NCBI GenBank assembly: GCA_039591655.1
Contig: JBDHDE010000001.1
Location: 1-64,000 of the forward strand
Length of the DNA: 64,000 nt
Reading direction: 5' to 3'
Origin: Gemmatimonadota bacterium
GTDB taxonomy: Bacteria; Gemmatimonadota; Gemmatimonadetes; Gemmatimonadales; GWC2-71-9
The notes below the pieces were generated by a model. It was not told the DNA's origin. It worked only from the letters and a program-made list of their open reading frames with translations, and did not search any database. Below, one piece after another: positions 28,916 through 40,167 of this stretch (its first letter is position 1; each line of letters starts with the position of its first letter). The position numbers and the translations under genes were made by a program.

Positions 28916-29725
28916 ATGGCGACGACTGCTGCTGAGAAGACGAAGACCCTGGTGGAGCATCGGGTCGAGGACGGGCTGGCGATCCTGGAGCTCAACGATC
29001 CGCCGGCCAACACCTACACCTATGAGATGATGCGTCAGCTGGACGAAGCAATCCTCGACGCGCGGATGAACGACGATGTGCAGGTCATCGTGCTCCGCGG
29101 CAAGGGCGAGAAATTCTTCTCGGCAGGCGCCAACATCAAGATGCTCTCCGAGGTCACACCGCGGTTCAAGTACTTCTTCTGTCTCCACGCCAACGAGGCG
29201 CTGAACCGCCTGGAGCACACCCCGAAGCTCGTGATTGCCGCCCTCAACGGGCACACGGTGGGTGGCGGGCTGGAGATCGCCATGGCGGCCGACCTGCGCG
29301 TGGCCTGCAAGGACAACGGCAAGATCGGGCTGCCGGAGGTAACCCTGGGGGTGCTCCCGGGCACCGGCGGCACGCAGCGTCTCTCCCGCATCGTGGGCAA
29401 GTCGCGGGCAATCGAGATGATGGCCACGGGCAGGACCTTCTCGTTCGACGAAGCCAAGGACATCGGCTTGGTGAACGAGGTGTTCCCCAAGGGGAGCTTC
29501 TGGGACGAGGTCGTGGCTTACGCGAAGCAGTTCTGCACTCCCAACAAGGCCTCGAAGGCCGTGGGCAGCATCAAACGCGCTGTCTGTTCTGGCCTCGAGG
29601 TGCCGTTCGAGAGCGGACTCGCCATCGAGCGGGAGCTGCAGCAGCAGCTGTTCCAGAGCCAGGACGCGAGCGAGGGGCTCAACGCGTACGTCGAGAAGCG
29701 CCAGGCCAGCTTCAAGGGCGTGTAG
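28916..29725 (+). CDS. Enoyl-CoA hydratase/isomerase (crotonase) family protein
   Basis: FFSAGANI, GGGLEIA, LPEVTLGVLPGTGGTQRL. SD AAGGAGG. Confidence 0.92.
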   Translation: MATTAAEKTKTLVEHRVEDGLAILELNDPPANTYTYEMMRQLDEAILDARMNDDVQVIVLRGKGEKFFSAGANIKMLSEVTPRFKYFFCLHANEALNRLEHTPKLVIAALNGHTVGGGLEIAMAADLRVACKDNGKIGLPEVTLGVLPGTGGTQRLSRIVGKSRAIEMMATGRTFSFDEAKDIGLVNEVFPKGSFWDEVVAYAKQFCTPNKASKAVGSIKRAVCSGLEVPFESGLAIERELQQQLFQSQDASEGLNAYVEKRQASFKGV

Positions 29726-31154
29726 TGCGCACCCAACTCTTCATCGACAACGAATGGCGGGGGGCCGCCTCGGGCGAGACGCTCGAGGTGGTCAACCCCG
29801 CCACCGAAGAGGTTCTGGCAGAGGCGGCGTGGGCCGGGGAGGCCGACGTGGACGCAGCGGTCGCTGCGGCCCGCCACCGCTTCGAGAGCGTCGAGTGGCA
29901 GCAGCTCTCCCCGCGCCAGCGCGGTGCCCTGCTCTACCGCGCGGGCGAGTTGCTGCAGGCGCGGCGCCAGGAGATGGCGGAGCTCGAGACCAGGCAGAAC
30001 GGCAAGCCGCTCTTCGAGTCTAAGATCGACGTGGCCAGCACGGTGGAGGCGCTCAAGTACTACGGCGGCTGGGCCGACAAGATGGGCGGCACCGTGCTCC
30101 CGGTCGATGCCCCCGATTTCGTTTACACGGTGCGGGAGCCGTTGGGCGTGGTGGGCGCTATCGTGCCCTGGAACTTCCCGCTCAACCTCGCCAGCTGGAA
30201 GTTTGCGCCGGCGCTGGCCGCCGGTTGCACTGTGGTGCTGAAGCCCGCACCCGAGACGCCCCTCACCGCCCTGGCGATGGCGGACATCATGCAGGAGGCG
30301 GGCTTCCCGCCGGGAGCGTTCAACGTGGTGCCGGGCGACGGCCCCACCACGGGCGCCGCTCTGGTGCGGCATCTCGACGTGGACAAGATCGCCTTCACCG
30401 GCTCCACCGCCGTGGGCCAGCAGGTTATGCGAGAGGCGGCCGAGACGATCAAGCGCGTCACGCTGGAACTGGGTGGGAAGAGCCCCAACATCATCTTCGC
30501 CGATGCCGATCTGAAGGCCGCCGTGAAGGGTGCACAGAACGGCATCTTCTACGGCAAGGGAGAGGTATGCGCCGCCGGCTCGAGGCTCCTGGTGGAGCGC
30601 TCCGTGCACGACGAGGTGGTGGAGGCACTCGCTGCCCGGGCGAAGAAGCTCGTGCTGGGGGATCCCTTCGAGAAGGGCACCCGGCTCGGGGCCATCGCTT
30701 CGAAGCGGCAGCACAAAAAGGTGCTGTCGTACATCGAGAGCGGAAAGCAGGACGCCAAGCTCGTGGCGGGGGGCAATGCCGCTCAGGTGAAGGGCAAGGG
30801 CTACTTCGTGGAAGCCACCGTGTTCGACGAGGCCCGCCCCGGCATGAAGATCGTGGACGAGGAGATCTTTGGACCGGTGCTCTCAGTGGTGACGTTCGAT
30901 GACGTGGAGGAGGGGATCCGGTTGGCGAATCAGACGATCTATGGTCTCGCCGCCGGCATCTGGACGAAGGACATCCAGAAGGCGTTCCGCGTGGTGCGGG
31001 CCGTGCGAGCCGGCACCGTATGGGTGAACACCTACAACCTGTACGACTCGGCAGCTCCCTTCGGCGGATTCAAGGCAAGCGGATTCGGGCGCGATCTCGG
31101 ACGCGAGGCGCTGGACGGCTACACCGCAACCAAGACGGTGTGGATGGGGCTCAG

Positions 31155-31158
<4 letters not shown>
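29725..31158 (+). CDS. NAD(P)-dependent aldehyde dehydrogenase
   Basis: [46 protein letters not shown]. Confidence 0.96.
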
Positions 31159-32347
<1,189 letters not shown>

Positions 32348-32351
<4 letters not shown>

Positions 32352-33142
32352 GCGGCTTCGAGAACGTGATGGTGCGGCGAGACGGAGGGGTCGCGACGAT
32401 CACCCTGAACCGACCGGACAAGCTGAACGCGTTCGCCGGGCAGATGCGACAGGAGGTCGCCGAGGCGGTGCGGCAGGTGGCCGACGACGACGACGTCCGC
32501 GTGCTGGTGGTGACGGGGGCGGGTCGCGCCTTCTGCGCCGGAGCGGACATCGGCTACATGCGCGACCTGCTGGAGCAGGAGGACTGGGAGAACGCCGCGG
32601 GGCTGGTCGAGGCGGGCCGCGCCGTCGTCACGACGATCCGCAGCGTGCCCAAGCCGGTTATCGCCAGCGTCAACGGCCCGGCGGCGGGCGGGGGCGCGAA
32701 CCTGGCGCTGGCCTGTGACGTGCGCATCGCCTCGGACCGGGCGTCCATCGGTCAGACATTCAACCGCATCGGGCTCCACCCTGACTGGGGCGGCGCCTAC
32801 TTCCTGCCGCGACTGGTAGGAGCCTCCAAGGCCCTGGAGCTCATCTTCGCGGCCGAGATGATCGAGGCCCAGGAGGCTCATCGGCTCGGCCTGTTCAACC
32901 GCGTGGTGCCCCATGAGCGCCTCGCCGCCGAGACCGAGGCCTACGCCAAGACGCTGGCCGCCAAGGCTCCCATCGCGCTGGCCCTGGCCAAGCGTGCAGT
33001 TTATGAGAGCGGCGACCGGAGCCTGGCGGAGATGCTGGAGATGGAGCTCGAGCACCAGCTGCGCTGCTTCAAGAGCCGGGATGCCAAGGAGGGACTACAG
33101 GCCTTCCTGGAGAAGCGCGCGCCTTCGTTCCGCGGGCAATGA
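32348..33142 (+). CDS. paaG: Crotonase family, PaaG-like isomerase
   Basis: [13 protein letters not shown] and GLHPDWGG (single Asp; lacks the two catalytic Glu of hydratases). Confidence 0.75.
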
Positions 33143-33816
33143 CCCCTTGTCTGGTCATTGCACACCGGGGCGCGTCGGCCTACGAGGTGGAGAACTCCCT
33201 GGCGGCCTTCCGGCTGGCCCGGGACCAGGGTGCCGACGGCGTGGAGCTGGACGTGCACGTGAGCGCCGACGGCGTACCCGTGGTGCATCACGACCCCCAT
33301 GTGGACTCCCTCGCCATCGCTGCCAGTCCCCACAGGGAGCTCCGGGAGCTGCGCCTCCCCAACGATGAGGCGCTGCCCACGCTGTCCGAGGCGCTCGACG
33401 TGCTGGGGAAGGATCTCAACGCCTATGTGGAGGTGAAGGACCTCCCGCCCGAGCACGACGCGGCGATCCTCGAGGCGTTGGAGCGCGGTCCGGCTCCGAC
33501 CCGCTATCAGGTACACTCCTTCGATCATCGCATAGTGTGGCGGCTAAGGGCGCAGCGGCCTGCCCTGCCCACTGGCGTCTTGGTCGTGGCTCACGCGGTT
33601 CGCCCCCTGGTCCTCCTGGAGGACGCCGGGGCGAGTGTGCTGTGGCAGCAGGAAGGTCTGATCGACGAGCCGCTGGTCGCCGCCGCACACGAGCGCGGGT
33701 ATCGCGTCATCGCCTGGACGGTAGACGATCCGGCGCGCATGCGGCTACTTATTGAGGCGGGCGTAGACGGTATCTGTACGAATCGACCGGACGTGGCGAG
33801 GAGGGTCGTCGGATGA
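33139..33816 (+). CDS. Glycerophosphodiester phosphodiesterase family protein
   Basis: AHRGAS..ENSLAAF, VELDV..DG..VVHHD, AWTVD, GVDGICTNRP. Confidence 0.93.
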   Translation: MTPCLVIAHRGASAYEVENSLAAFRLARDQGADGVELDVHVSADGVPVVHHDPHVDSLAIAASPHRELRELRLPNDEALPTLSEALDVLGKDLNAYVEVKDLPPEHDAAILEALERGPAPTRYQVHSFDHRIVWRLRAQRPALPTGVLVVAHAVRPLVLLEDAGASVLWQQEGLIDEPLVAAAHERGYRVIAWTVDDPARMRLLIEAGVDGICTNRPDVARRVVG

Positions 33817-34676
33817 AGCGGCTCGCCGTGGTGGGCGCGGGCACCATGGGGCACGGGATCGCCCAGATCGGGGCCGTGGCCGGATACGAGGTCGTGGTGA
33901 CCGATGCAGACGCCGATGCGCTGGGGACGGCCCGGGACCGGATCGAGACGAACCTCGAGGGCGGCGTGAAGCGGGGCAAGCTCTCGCGGGAGGACGCGGA
34001 CGCGGCGCTGGACCGGATCGCCCTGGAGCGGGACCTCGAGGCCACGGCACGCGATGCCGACATGATCATCGAAGCCGTCGTCGAGGACCTGGACGTCAAG
34101 CGCGACCTCTTTGGACGACTCGACGGGCTCGTGGCGCCCGACGCGGTGCTGGCAACCAACACCTCGTCGCTGTCCATTGCCCGCATCGCCGCTGCTACGG
34201 ACCGGCCGCAGCGCGTGTTGGGCATGCACTTCTTCAACCCAGTGCACATCATGAAGCTGGTGGAGCTGGTCGTGCACGCGGGCACCGCCGAGGCCGCCGT
34301 CGCCCGGGCACGGGAGGTCGTGACGCGCATGGGCAAGGACCCTATCGTCGTGCGCGACAGCCCCGGGTTTGCGTCATCCCGCCTCGGGATCGCGCTGGGT
34401 CTCGAGGCGATGCGCATGCTGGAAGAAGAGGTGGCAAGCCCGGAAGACATCGACAAGGCGATGCAACTCGGTTACGGGCATCCCATGGGGCCGCTCGAGG
34501 TGAGTGACCTCGTCGGTCTCGACGTCCGCCTCGCCATTGCCGATTACCTGCACCGCGAGCTCGGCGGAGCTCGCTTCGATGCGCCCGAGATCCTGCGCCG
34601 CAAGGTGCAGGCGGGCGAGTTGGGGAAGAAAACCGGGAGGGGGTTCTACGAATGGCCAAAGAAAGCGTCGTCCTAG
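33813..34676 (+). CDS. paaH: 3-hydroxyacyl-CoA dehydrogenase (PaaH-like)
   Basis: GAGTMGHGIAQ, EAVVE, ATNTSS, GMHFFNP, HPMGP, LGKKTGRGFY. Confidence 0.9.
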   Translation: MKRLAVVGAGTMGHGIAQIGAVAGYEVVVTDADADALGTARDRIETNLEGGVKRGKLSREDADAALDRIALERDLEATARDADMIIEAVVEDLDVKRDLFGRLDGLVAPDAVLATNTSSLSIARIAAATDRPQRVLGMHFFNPVHIMKLVELVVHAGTAEAAVARAREVVTRMGKDPIVVRDSPGFASSRLGIALGLEAMRMLEEEVASPEDIDKAMQLGYGHPMGPLEVSDLVGLDVRLAIADYLHRELGGARFDAPEILRRKVQAGELGKKTGRGFYEWPKKASS

Positions 34677-35434
34677 TCGATATCGCGGACCGGATCGCGA
34701 TCGTCACCATCAATCGTCCCGACAAGCTCAACGCCCTCAACGCCGACGTGCGCCGCGAGTTCGTCCGGGTGATGGATGAGCTCAAGCATAACGAGGACGT
34801 GAGGGTCGTCATCGTCACGGGGGCGGGCGACAAGGCATTCGTGGCCGGCGCCGACATCGCCGAGTTCGCGGACCGCACAGGCGTCGACCAGTTCCACGTC
34901 ACCAAGAGCTTCGGGATATTCGAGGCGCCGGAGAAGTTCCCGCGGCCCGTTATCGCCGCCGTGAACGGCTTCGCTCTGGGCGGCGGCTGCGAGCTGGCCA
35001 TGGCGTGCGACATCCGAATCGCCTCGGACAAGGCCAAGCTCGGCCAGCCGGAGATCACCCTCGGCATCCTGCCCGGAGGCGGCGGCACCCAGCGCCTGCC
35101 CCGTCTGGTGGGACTGGGGAACGCCTACAAGCTCCTCTATACCGGTCAGATGATCAAAGCCGATGAGGCCCTCCGCTTGGGACTGGTGGACGAGGTCGTA
35201 CCCCACGATCAGGTGATGCAGCGGGCCCGGGAGCTGGCCGCAGAGATCGCCAAGAAGAGCCCGGTGGCTCTGGAGTTCATCAAGGACACCGTGAAGGCCA
35301 GCGTCAGGATGCCGCTGGACGAGGGCGTGCGGTTCGAGACCACGTATTTCGGCCTCGCGTTCTCGTCGGAGGACAAGGAAGAGGGCGTGAAGGCGTTCCT
35401 CGAGAAGCGGGAACCCGAGTTCAAGGGCAAGTGA
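34652..35434 (+). CDS. paaF: Enoyl-CoA hydratase (PaaF/Crt-like)
   Basis: AGADI, GGGCELA, QPEITLGILPGGGGTQRL (both catalytic Glu present). Confidence 0.8.
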   Translation: MAKESVVLVDIADRIAIVTINRPDKLNALNADVRREFVRVMDELKHNEDVRVVIVTGAGDKAFVAGADIAEFADRTGVDQFHVTKSFGIFEAPEKFPRPVIAAVNGFALGGGCELAMACDIRIASDKAKLGQPEITLGILPGGGGTQRLPRLVGLGNAYKLLYTGQMIKADEALRLGLVDEVVPHDQVMQRARELAAEIAKKSPVALEFIKDTVKASVRMPLDEGVRFETTYFGLAFSSEDKEEGVKAFLEKREPEFKGK

Positions 35435-36321
35435 GCGCGAGCGCGGCGGCCGGGTCAGGGGCGGAGCGGGCCGGCATCAGCGATCTCCACGTCCACATCC
35501 AGCCCTGGCGTGACCTCAAGCCCGACGTCGCCGCCAAGATGCGACGGGGCAAGGAGGATCACTGGGAGCGGCTCCTGGCCATGATGGACGATCCCCAGGT
35601 CCTCCTGCAGGTGCTCGACCAGGCCGGCATCTGGCGGGTGGGGCTGGTCAACTACCCCAGTCCCGATCTCATGGGGTTCAGCGACGACACAAACGGCTTC
35701 GCAGCGCGGTACGCGCAGGCAGCGCCGGAGCGTTTGCTGCCCTATGGAGGCGTCCATCCCCGGTTCACCACCGATCCCGAGGGGCAGGTCGAGGAGCTGC
35801 TGCAGCTCGGCATTCGCTGCCTCAAGATCCACCCACCGCACCAGGTCTTCCCGGCCAACGCGCACACCATGGGCCTCGAGGCGTTGGGGCGTATCTACCG
35901 CCGCTGCGAGGAGCGGGGGCTGCCCGTGATGGTCCACACCGGCACCAGCATCTTCCCCGGCGCCCGCTGCAAGTACGGCCGTCCGATGGAGCTCGACGAC
36001 GTGGCCATCGACTTTCCCGATCTCACCATCCTCATGGCGCACGGCGGACGTCCTCTCTGGATGGACGAGGCGTTCTTCATCCTGCGGCGGCACCGCAACG
36101 TGCACCTTGAGCTGTCGGGCATACCGCCGAAGAAGCTGCTCGAGTACTTCCCGCGGCTCGAGGAGGTCGGGGACCGCATCGTGTGGGGGACCGACTGGCC
36201 GAGTCCGGGCGTCGACGACCTGCGGCGCAACCTGGACCAGTTCCTGGCCCTCCCGCTGCCGCAAGCGCTCAAGGACCGGGTCACCCGCACGACGGCACTC
36301 GAGCTGTTCCCCGTGCGATGA
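35431..36321 (+). CDS. Amidohydrolase_2 family metallo-hydrolase
   Basis: DLHVH, KIHP, VHTG, AHGG, WGTDWP. Confidence 0.9.
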   Translation: MSASAAAGSGAERAGISDLHVHIQPWRDLKPDVAAKMRRGKEDHWERLLAMMDDPQVLLQVLDQAGIWRVGLVNYPSPDLMGFSDDTNGFAARYAQAAPERLLPYGGVHPRFTTDPEGQVEELLQLGIRCLKIHPPHQVFPANAHTMGLEALGRIYRRCEERGLPVMVHTGTSIFPGARCKYGRPMELDDVAIDFPDLTILMAHGGRPLWMDEAFFILRRHRNVHLELSGIPPKKLLEYFPRLEEVGDRIVWGTDWPSPGVDDLRRNLDQFLALPLPQALKDRVTRTTALELFPVR

Positions 36322-37775
36322 TTCGCCGCGCAGTGGTGGGCCTTGGGCCTGTCGCCTTCCTGCTCACCGTGTTGCTCCCGGCACCCGGCGCGCTCTCCGA
36401 GCAGGCCTGGCACGTGGCGGGGCTCGCGGCCTGGATGGCGGCGTGGTGGCTCACCGCCGCGGTGCCCCTCGAAGCCACTGCGCTCTTGCCGATAGTGTTC
36501 CTTCCGCTGGTCGGTGTGGCGCCGCTGGCGCGGGTCACCCGGTCCTATGCAGACCCGATCATCTTCCTGTTCCTGGGGGGCTTCCTCCTCGCCGCGACCC
36601 TGGAACGCTGGAACCTGCACAAGCGCTTTGCCCTCAGCACCGTGCGCGCCGTGGGGACCGACGCCCGCCGTGTGCTGTTGGCCTTCATGCTCGCGTCCGC
36701 GGTGGCGAGCATGTGGATCTCGAATACCGCCACGGCGATCATGATGCTGCCGATCGCTGCAGCCGTGCTCGGGGGACGACCCGGGAGAGGAGGGGGGATC
36801 GGGGCGGCGCCGGGCGGGCTCGGTGAGCTCCCCGCCGCCCTGATGTTGGGGGTGGCGTACGCGGCTTCCATCGGCGGCGTCGCTACGCTCATCGGCACGC
36901 CGCCCAACGCGATCTTTGCCGGCGCGGCGCGGGAGCTCCTGGGCGAAGACGTTAGCTTCGCGCAGTGGATGGCCCTCGGCGTCCCCATCTCAATCGTGAT
37001 GCTCGCCGGGTGCTGGCTCGTGCTGGTGGCGCTGTTCCGGGTGCGCGGCAAGGTCCCGGGGTTGGCCGACACGCTGGAGCGGGAGCACAGGGACCTGGGC
37101 CCGCTCACAGGCGGTGAGCGGTTCGTGCTCACCGTGTTCGGGCTCACGGCCCTCGCCTGGGTGCTGCGCGCGCCGAAGGAGATCGGCAGTCTCAGGATCC
37201 CGGGGCTGTCCGACCTGCTGCCCGGGATCTCCGATCCTGCCATCGCGATCGCGGCTGCTCTCGTGCTCTTCGTTACGCCGCTCAAGGGTCAACGGCACCG
37301 GGTCGCTCTGGACTGGGAGTCGGCCAGCAAGGTGCCCTGGGGCATCCTACTGCTGTTCGGCGGCGGGCTCGCGCTGGCCGGGGCGTTCGAGGCGAGCGGC
37401 CTGTCCCAGTGGCTGGGCGGTCGGTTGGCCTCCCTGCGGGGTGTTCCCCTGCCGTTCGTCATGCTGGTCACCGCGGCGGTGTTCGTCTTCCTCACCGAGC
37501 TCACCAGCAACACCGCCACGTCGGCGCTGGGGATGCCCCTCATTGCAGGGGTGGCTATAGGGCTGGGGTTGCCCGCCCTGCCCCTCATGGCCACGGTGGC
37601 CGTGGCTTCGTCGATGGCGTTCATGCTCCCCGTCGCGACGCCTCCCAACGCCATCGTGTTCGGCAGCGGGTGGATTCGACCGGCGCAGATGGCCCGGGCG
37701 GGAATCCTGCTGAACCTGATGTCGATACTGATTACGACCGTTGCGCTGTCGATTCGGGCGGCGCTGACGGGCTGA
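36318..37775 (+). CDS. SLC13/DASS sodium-coupled anion (dicarboxylate/sulfate) symporter
   Basis: SMWISNTATA, GTPPNAI, TELTSNTAT, FMLPVATPPNAIVF. Confidence 0.94.
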   Translation: MIRRAVVGLGPVAFLLTVLLPAPGALSEQAWHVAGLAAWMAAWWLTAAVPLEATALLPIVFLPLVGVAPLARVTRSYADPIIFLFLGGFLLAATLERWNLHKRFALSTVRAVGTDARRVLLAFMLASAVASMWISNTATAIMMLPIAAAVLGGRPGRGGGIGAAPGGLGELPAALMLGVAYAASIGGVATLIGTPPNAIFAGAARELLGEDVSFAQWMALGVPISIVMLAGCWLVLVALFRVRGKVPGLADTLEREHRDLGPLTGGERFVLTVFGLTALAWVLRAPKEIGSLRIPGLSDLLPGISDPAIAIAAALVLFVTPLKGQRHRVALDWESASKVPWGILLLFGGGLALAGAFEASGLSQWLGGRLASLRGVPLPFVMLVTAAVFVFLTELTSNTATSALGMPLIAGVAIGLGLPALPLMATVAVASSMAFMLPVATPPNAIVFGSGWIRPAQMARAGILLNLMSILITTVALSIRAALTG

Positions 37776-37791
37776 CGCGAGTGGCATAGCG

Positions 37792-38025
37792 ATGAATCAC
37801 GACGACGAGAAGCTGACGGCGATCGCGAACTTCCGCACACGCCTCGAGGCGGAGACGGCGTCCGGGTTGCTTGTTGCAGAAGGCATCCCGTTCCTGATTC
37901 AGTCCCGAGAGGCGGCGGGGCTCGGCCCGGGGCCGGCCGGCGCCAGCATCCTGGTGCGAGAGGAGCACGCGGGGCAGGCCACGGAGATCCTGCGCGATGC
38001 GGGAGCCATCGAGGACGACGCGTAG
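37792..38025 (+). CDS. DUF2007-like putative signal-transducing protein
   Basis: EAETASGLLVAEGIP..ILVREEHAGQATEIL pattern, 77 aa. Confidence 0.75.
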   Translation: MNHDDEKLTAIANFRTRLEAETASGLLVAEGIPFLIQSREAAGLGPGPAGASILVREEHAGQATEILRDAGAIEDDA

Positions 38026-38083
38026 TGACGCACGAGCGTCGCAGCGCCACACACCCGACTCCCGAGCGACCCCCAGCCAGCCC

Positions 38084-38719
38084 ATGACACGCCGCCCACG
38101 CCTCACCCCGGCAGAGCGGCGCGTCGTCACCCGCTGCCGCTCACCCCAAGCCACGCAGCGCTGGATCAGGTCGCTGCGATACAACTGGGAGCGCGACGGC
38201 GACACGTTGCGCTCATTCCGCGCCGTGGTCCGACATCGTTCAGCCCATTGCCTCGAGGCGGCCATCGCGGCCGCGGCGGTGATGGAGCAGCACGGCTATC
38301 CGCCACTCCTGTTGGACCTGGAGTCACGGGATCACCTGGATCACGTGGTGTTCGCCTTTCGGGCCAACCGCCGGTGGGGCGCGGTGGGGGGCTCCCGGGA
38401 CGTAGGTTTGTGGGGACGCAGGCCGGTCTTCCCGAGCGCCGAGGCGCTGGCGCGAAGCTACTACGATCCCTACATCGATCTGACAGGGCGCATCGTGGCC
38501 TACGCCGTGGTGGATCTCCGGGAACTTGGCGGCTACGATTGGCGCTTCTCGGGGCGAAACGTCTGGAAGGTCGAGCGGTTCCTGATCGATGCGCGGCACC
38601 GAGCCATGCCCACCTCCTACCGGCGTTATATTCGGTTGCGCGAGCGGTATCGGGAGTTCATAGCGACACACGACCCGCGGGACACGCCGTTCAAGAGCGG
38701 GCGGCGGCACTGGATGTGA
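38084..38719 (+). CDS. Vasohibin-like (transglutaminase-fold) cysteine protease, putative
   Basis: QRWIRSLRYN..HCLEAA..DHVV..WGAVGGSR..PVFPS..LARSYYDPY parallels the VASH1 motif order. Confidence 0.7.
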   Translation: MTRRPRLTPAERRVVTRCRSPQATQRWIRSLRYNWERDGDTLRSFRAVVRHRSAHCLEAAIAAAAVMEQHGYPPLLLDLESRDHLDHVVFAFRANRRWGAVGGSRDVGLWGRRPVFPSAEALARSYYDPYIDLTGRIVAYAVVDLRELGGYDWRFSGRNVWKVERFLIDARHRAMPTSYRRYIRLRERYREFIATHDPRDTPFKSGRRHWM

Positions 38720-38726
38720 GGAGTCG

Positions 38727-39566
38727 ATGAACCGGATCGTGTACCTCAACGGCGAGTACCTGCCCTTCGAGCAGGCCCGGATCTCCCCCGAGGACCGGGG
38801 ATTTCTATTCGCCGACGGCATCTACGAGGTGGTGCGCAGCTACGGCGGGACGTTCTTCGAGCTGGACGCCCACCTCGACCGCATGGCCAGCGGCCTCGCG
38901 GCGCTCCACATCCAGGGGGTGGACGCCCGTGGCCTCGGCGCCGTGGCGCAGGCCCTGCTGGAGCGCAACGGCCTCGCGGGCCAGGACACGCTCGTCTACC
39001 TGCAGGTGACTCGGGGCGCTGCCACCCGGGGGCACGCGTTCCCCGATCCCCCCGTGCCACCCACGGTGTATGCCGCGGCGACGCCGTTCGCTCCCAAGGC
39101 AGATCCCGCCCGGGGCGTGGCCGTGATCACGGCTACGGATCACCGCTGGTCCCGCTGCGACATCAAGACGGTCGGTCTGCTGGCGAACTGCCTCGCGCTA
39201 CAGCAGGCCCGCGACGCGGGTGCCCTCGAGGCGATCCTGGTGCGGGATGGCGTGGCACTCGAGGGCACGCACACCAGCTTCTTCGGCGTGTTCGACGGGG
39301 TGGTTCGCACCGCTCCCCGGAACAACTACATCCTCCCCAGCATCACCCGACGTGTGACGCTGGAACTGTGTGCCGAGCACGGTGTGACGGCCGAGGAGAC
39401 GCCGATCTTCCACCGCGACCTTCCCGCGGCCGACGAGCTCTTTCTGGCCGGCACCACCATGGAGATCATGCCCATCGTGAAGCTGGACGGCCGGCCGGTG
39501 GGAGGCGGCAAGCCGGGCCCTGTGGCACGGCGCCTCCTCGAGCGTTTCCATCTTCGCACGCCGTGA
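38727..39566 (+). CDS. dat: D-amino-acid aminotransferase (class IV PLP enzyme)
   Basis: EDRGFLFADGIYEV, YLQVTRG..RGHAFP, RWSRCDIKT..LLAN, ILPSITR. Confidence 0.85.
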   Translation: MNRIVYLNGEYLPFEQARISPEDRGFLFADGIYEVVRSYGGTFFELDAHLDRMASGLAALHIQGVDARGLGAVAQALLERNGLAGQDTLVYLQVTRGAATRGHAFPDPPVPPTVYAAATPFAPKADPARGVAVITATDHRWSRCDIKTVGLLANCLALQQARDAGALEAILVRDGVALEGTHTSFFGVFDGVVRTAPRNNYILPSITRRVTLELCAEHGVTAEETPIFHRDLPAADELFLAGTTMEIMPIVKLDGRPVGGGKPGPVARRLLERFHLRTP

Positions 39567-39569
39567 GCA

Positions 39570-39600
39570 CGTAACCCGGAAGCGGCCCGCTCCGTAGTCT
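39570..39600 (+). promoter_or_regulatory. Putative promoter (ECF-like CGTAAC-N17-CGTA overlapping a TAGTCT -10), near-leaderless
   Basis: GTAAC 39571-75, CGTA 39593-96, TAGTCT 39595-600, ATG at 39608, no SD. Confidence 0.4.
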
Positions 39601-39607
39601 CTTACGT

Positions 39608-40084
39608 ATGGCACAGCTCGAACGCTGCGATCGCTGCGGACACGCCCTGGAGATCCTCTCCAAACCGGTGCGGCGCCTGCGCTGGACCCGCTACTGGTGG
39701 CAGGGCGTGACCAGCCTGTTCACCGGGCCGATGCAGATGTGCCCCCAGTGCGGTGCGATCTACTCGGCCGAGGGCGTGTTGCTGGCCGCCGGCGCCATTG
39801 AGACGGACACCGAGCACCGCCTGAACGTGTACCGCAGGGACATGGCGTATCTGCGCGACGCCTTCGGGGGAATCATCCTCGCCTCGGGGGTGGCCCTGAC
39901 GTGGCTCCTCACGGGGGCCGACAGCTTCGAGCTCGCCAAGGTGATCGCCGCCAGCACGGTGGGGGGCGTGTCGTTCGCGCCGTTCATCTACTTCGGCCAC
40001 AAGGCCCGTCTCGCCAAGCGCGACCTCAAGCGCCTGCGGGAGGCCCGGCAGGAGGGGCGTATCCTCCGCAGCCAAGGGAGCTAG
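39608..40084 (+). CDS. Hypothetical zinc-ribbon membrane protein
   Basis: CDRCG..CPQCG, then two TM helices and a basic tail. Confidence 0.75.
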   Translation: MAQLERCDRCGHALEILSKPVRRLRWTRYWWQGVTSLFTGPMQMCPQCGAIYSAEGVLLAAGAIETDTEHRLNVYRRDMAYLRDAFGGIILASGVALTWLLTGADSFELAKVIAASTVGGVSFAPFIYFGHKARLAKRDLKRLREARQEGRILRSQGS

Positions 40085-40167
40085 CGCCCCGTTGCGCTCT
40101 TGACGGTCCTGTGGGCCCGCGGCAGCTTGCACGAGCGCCCACTCTCTGCCAAGGCCGCTTTACCTCC

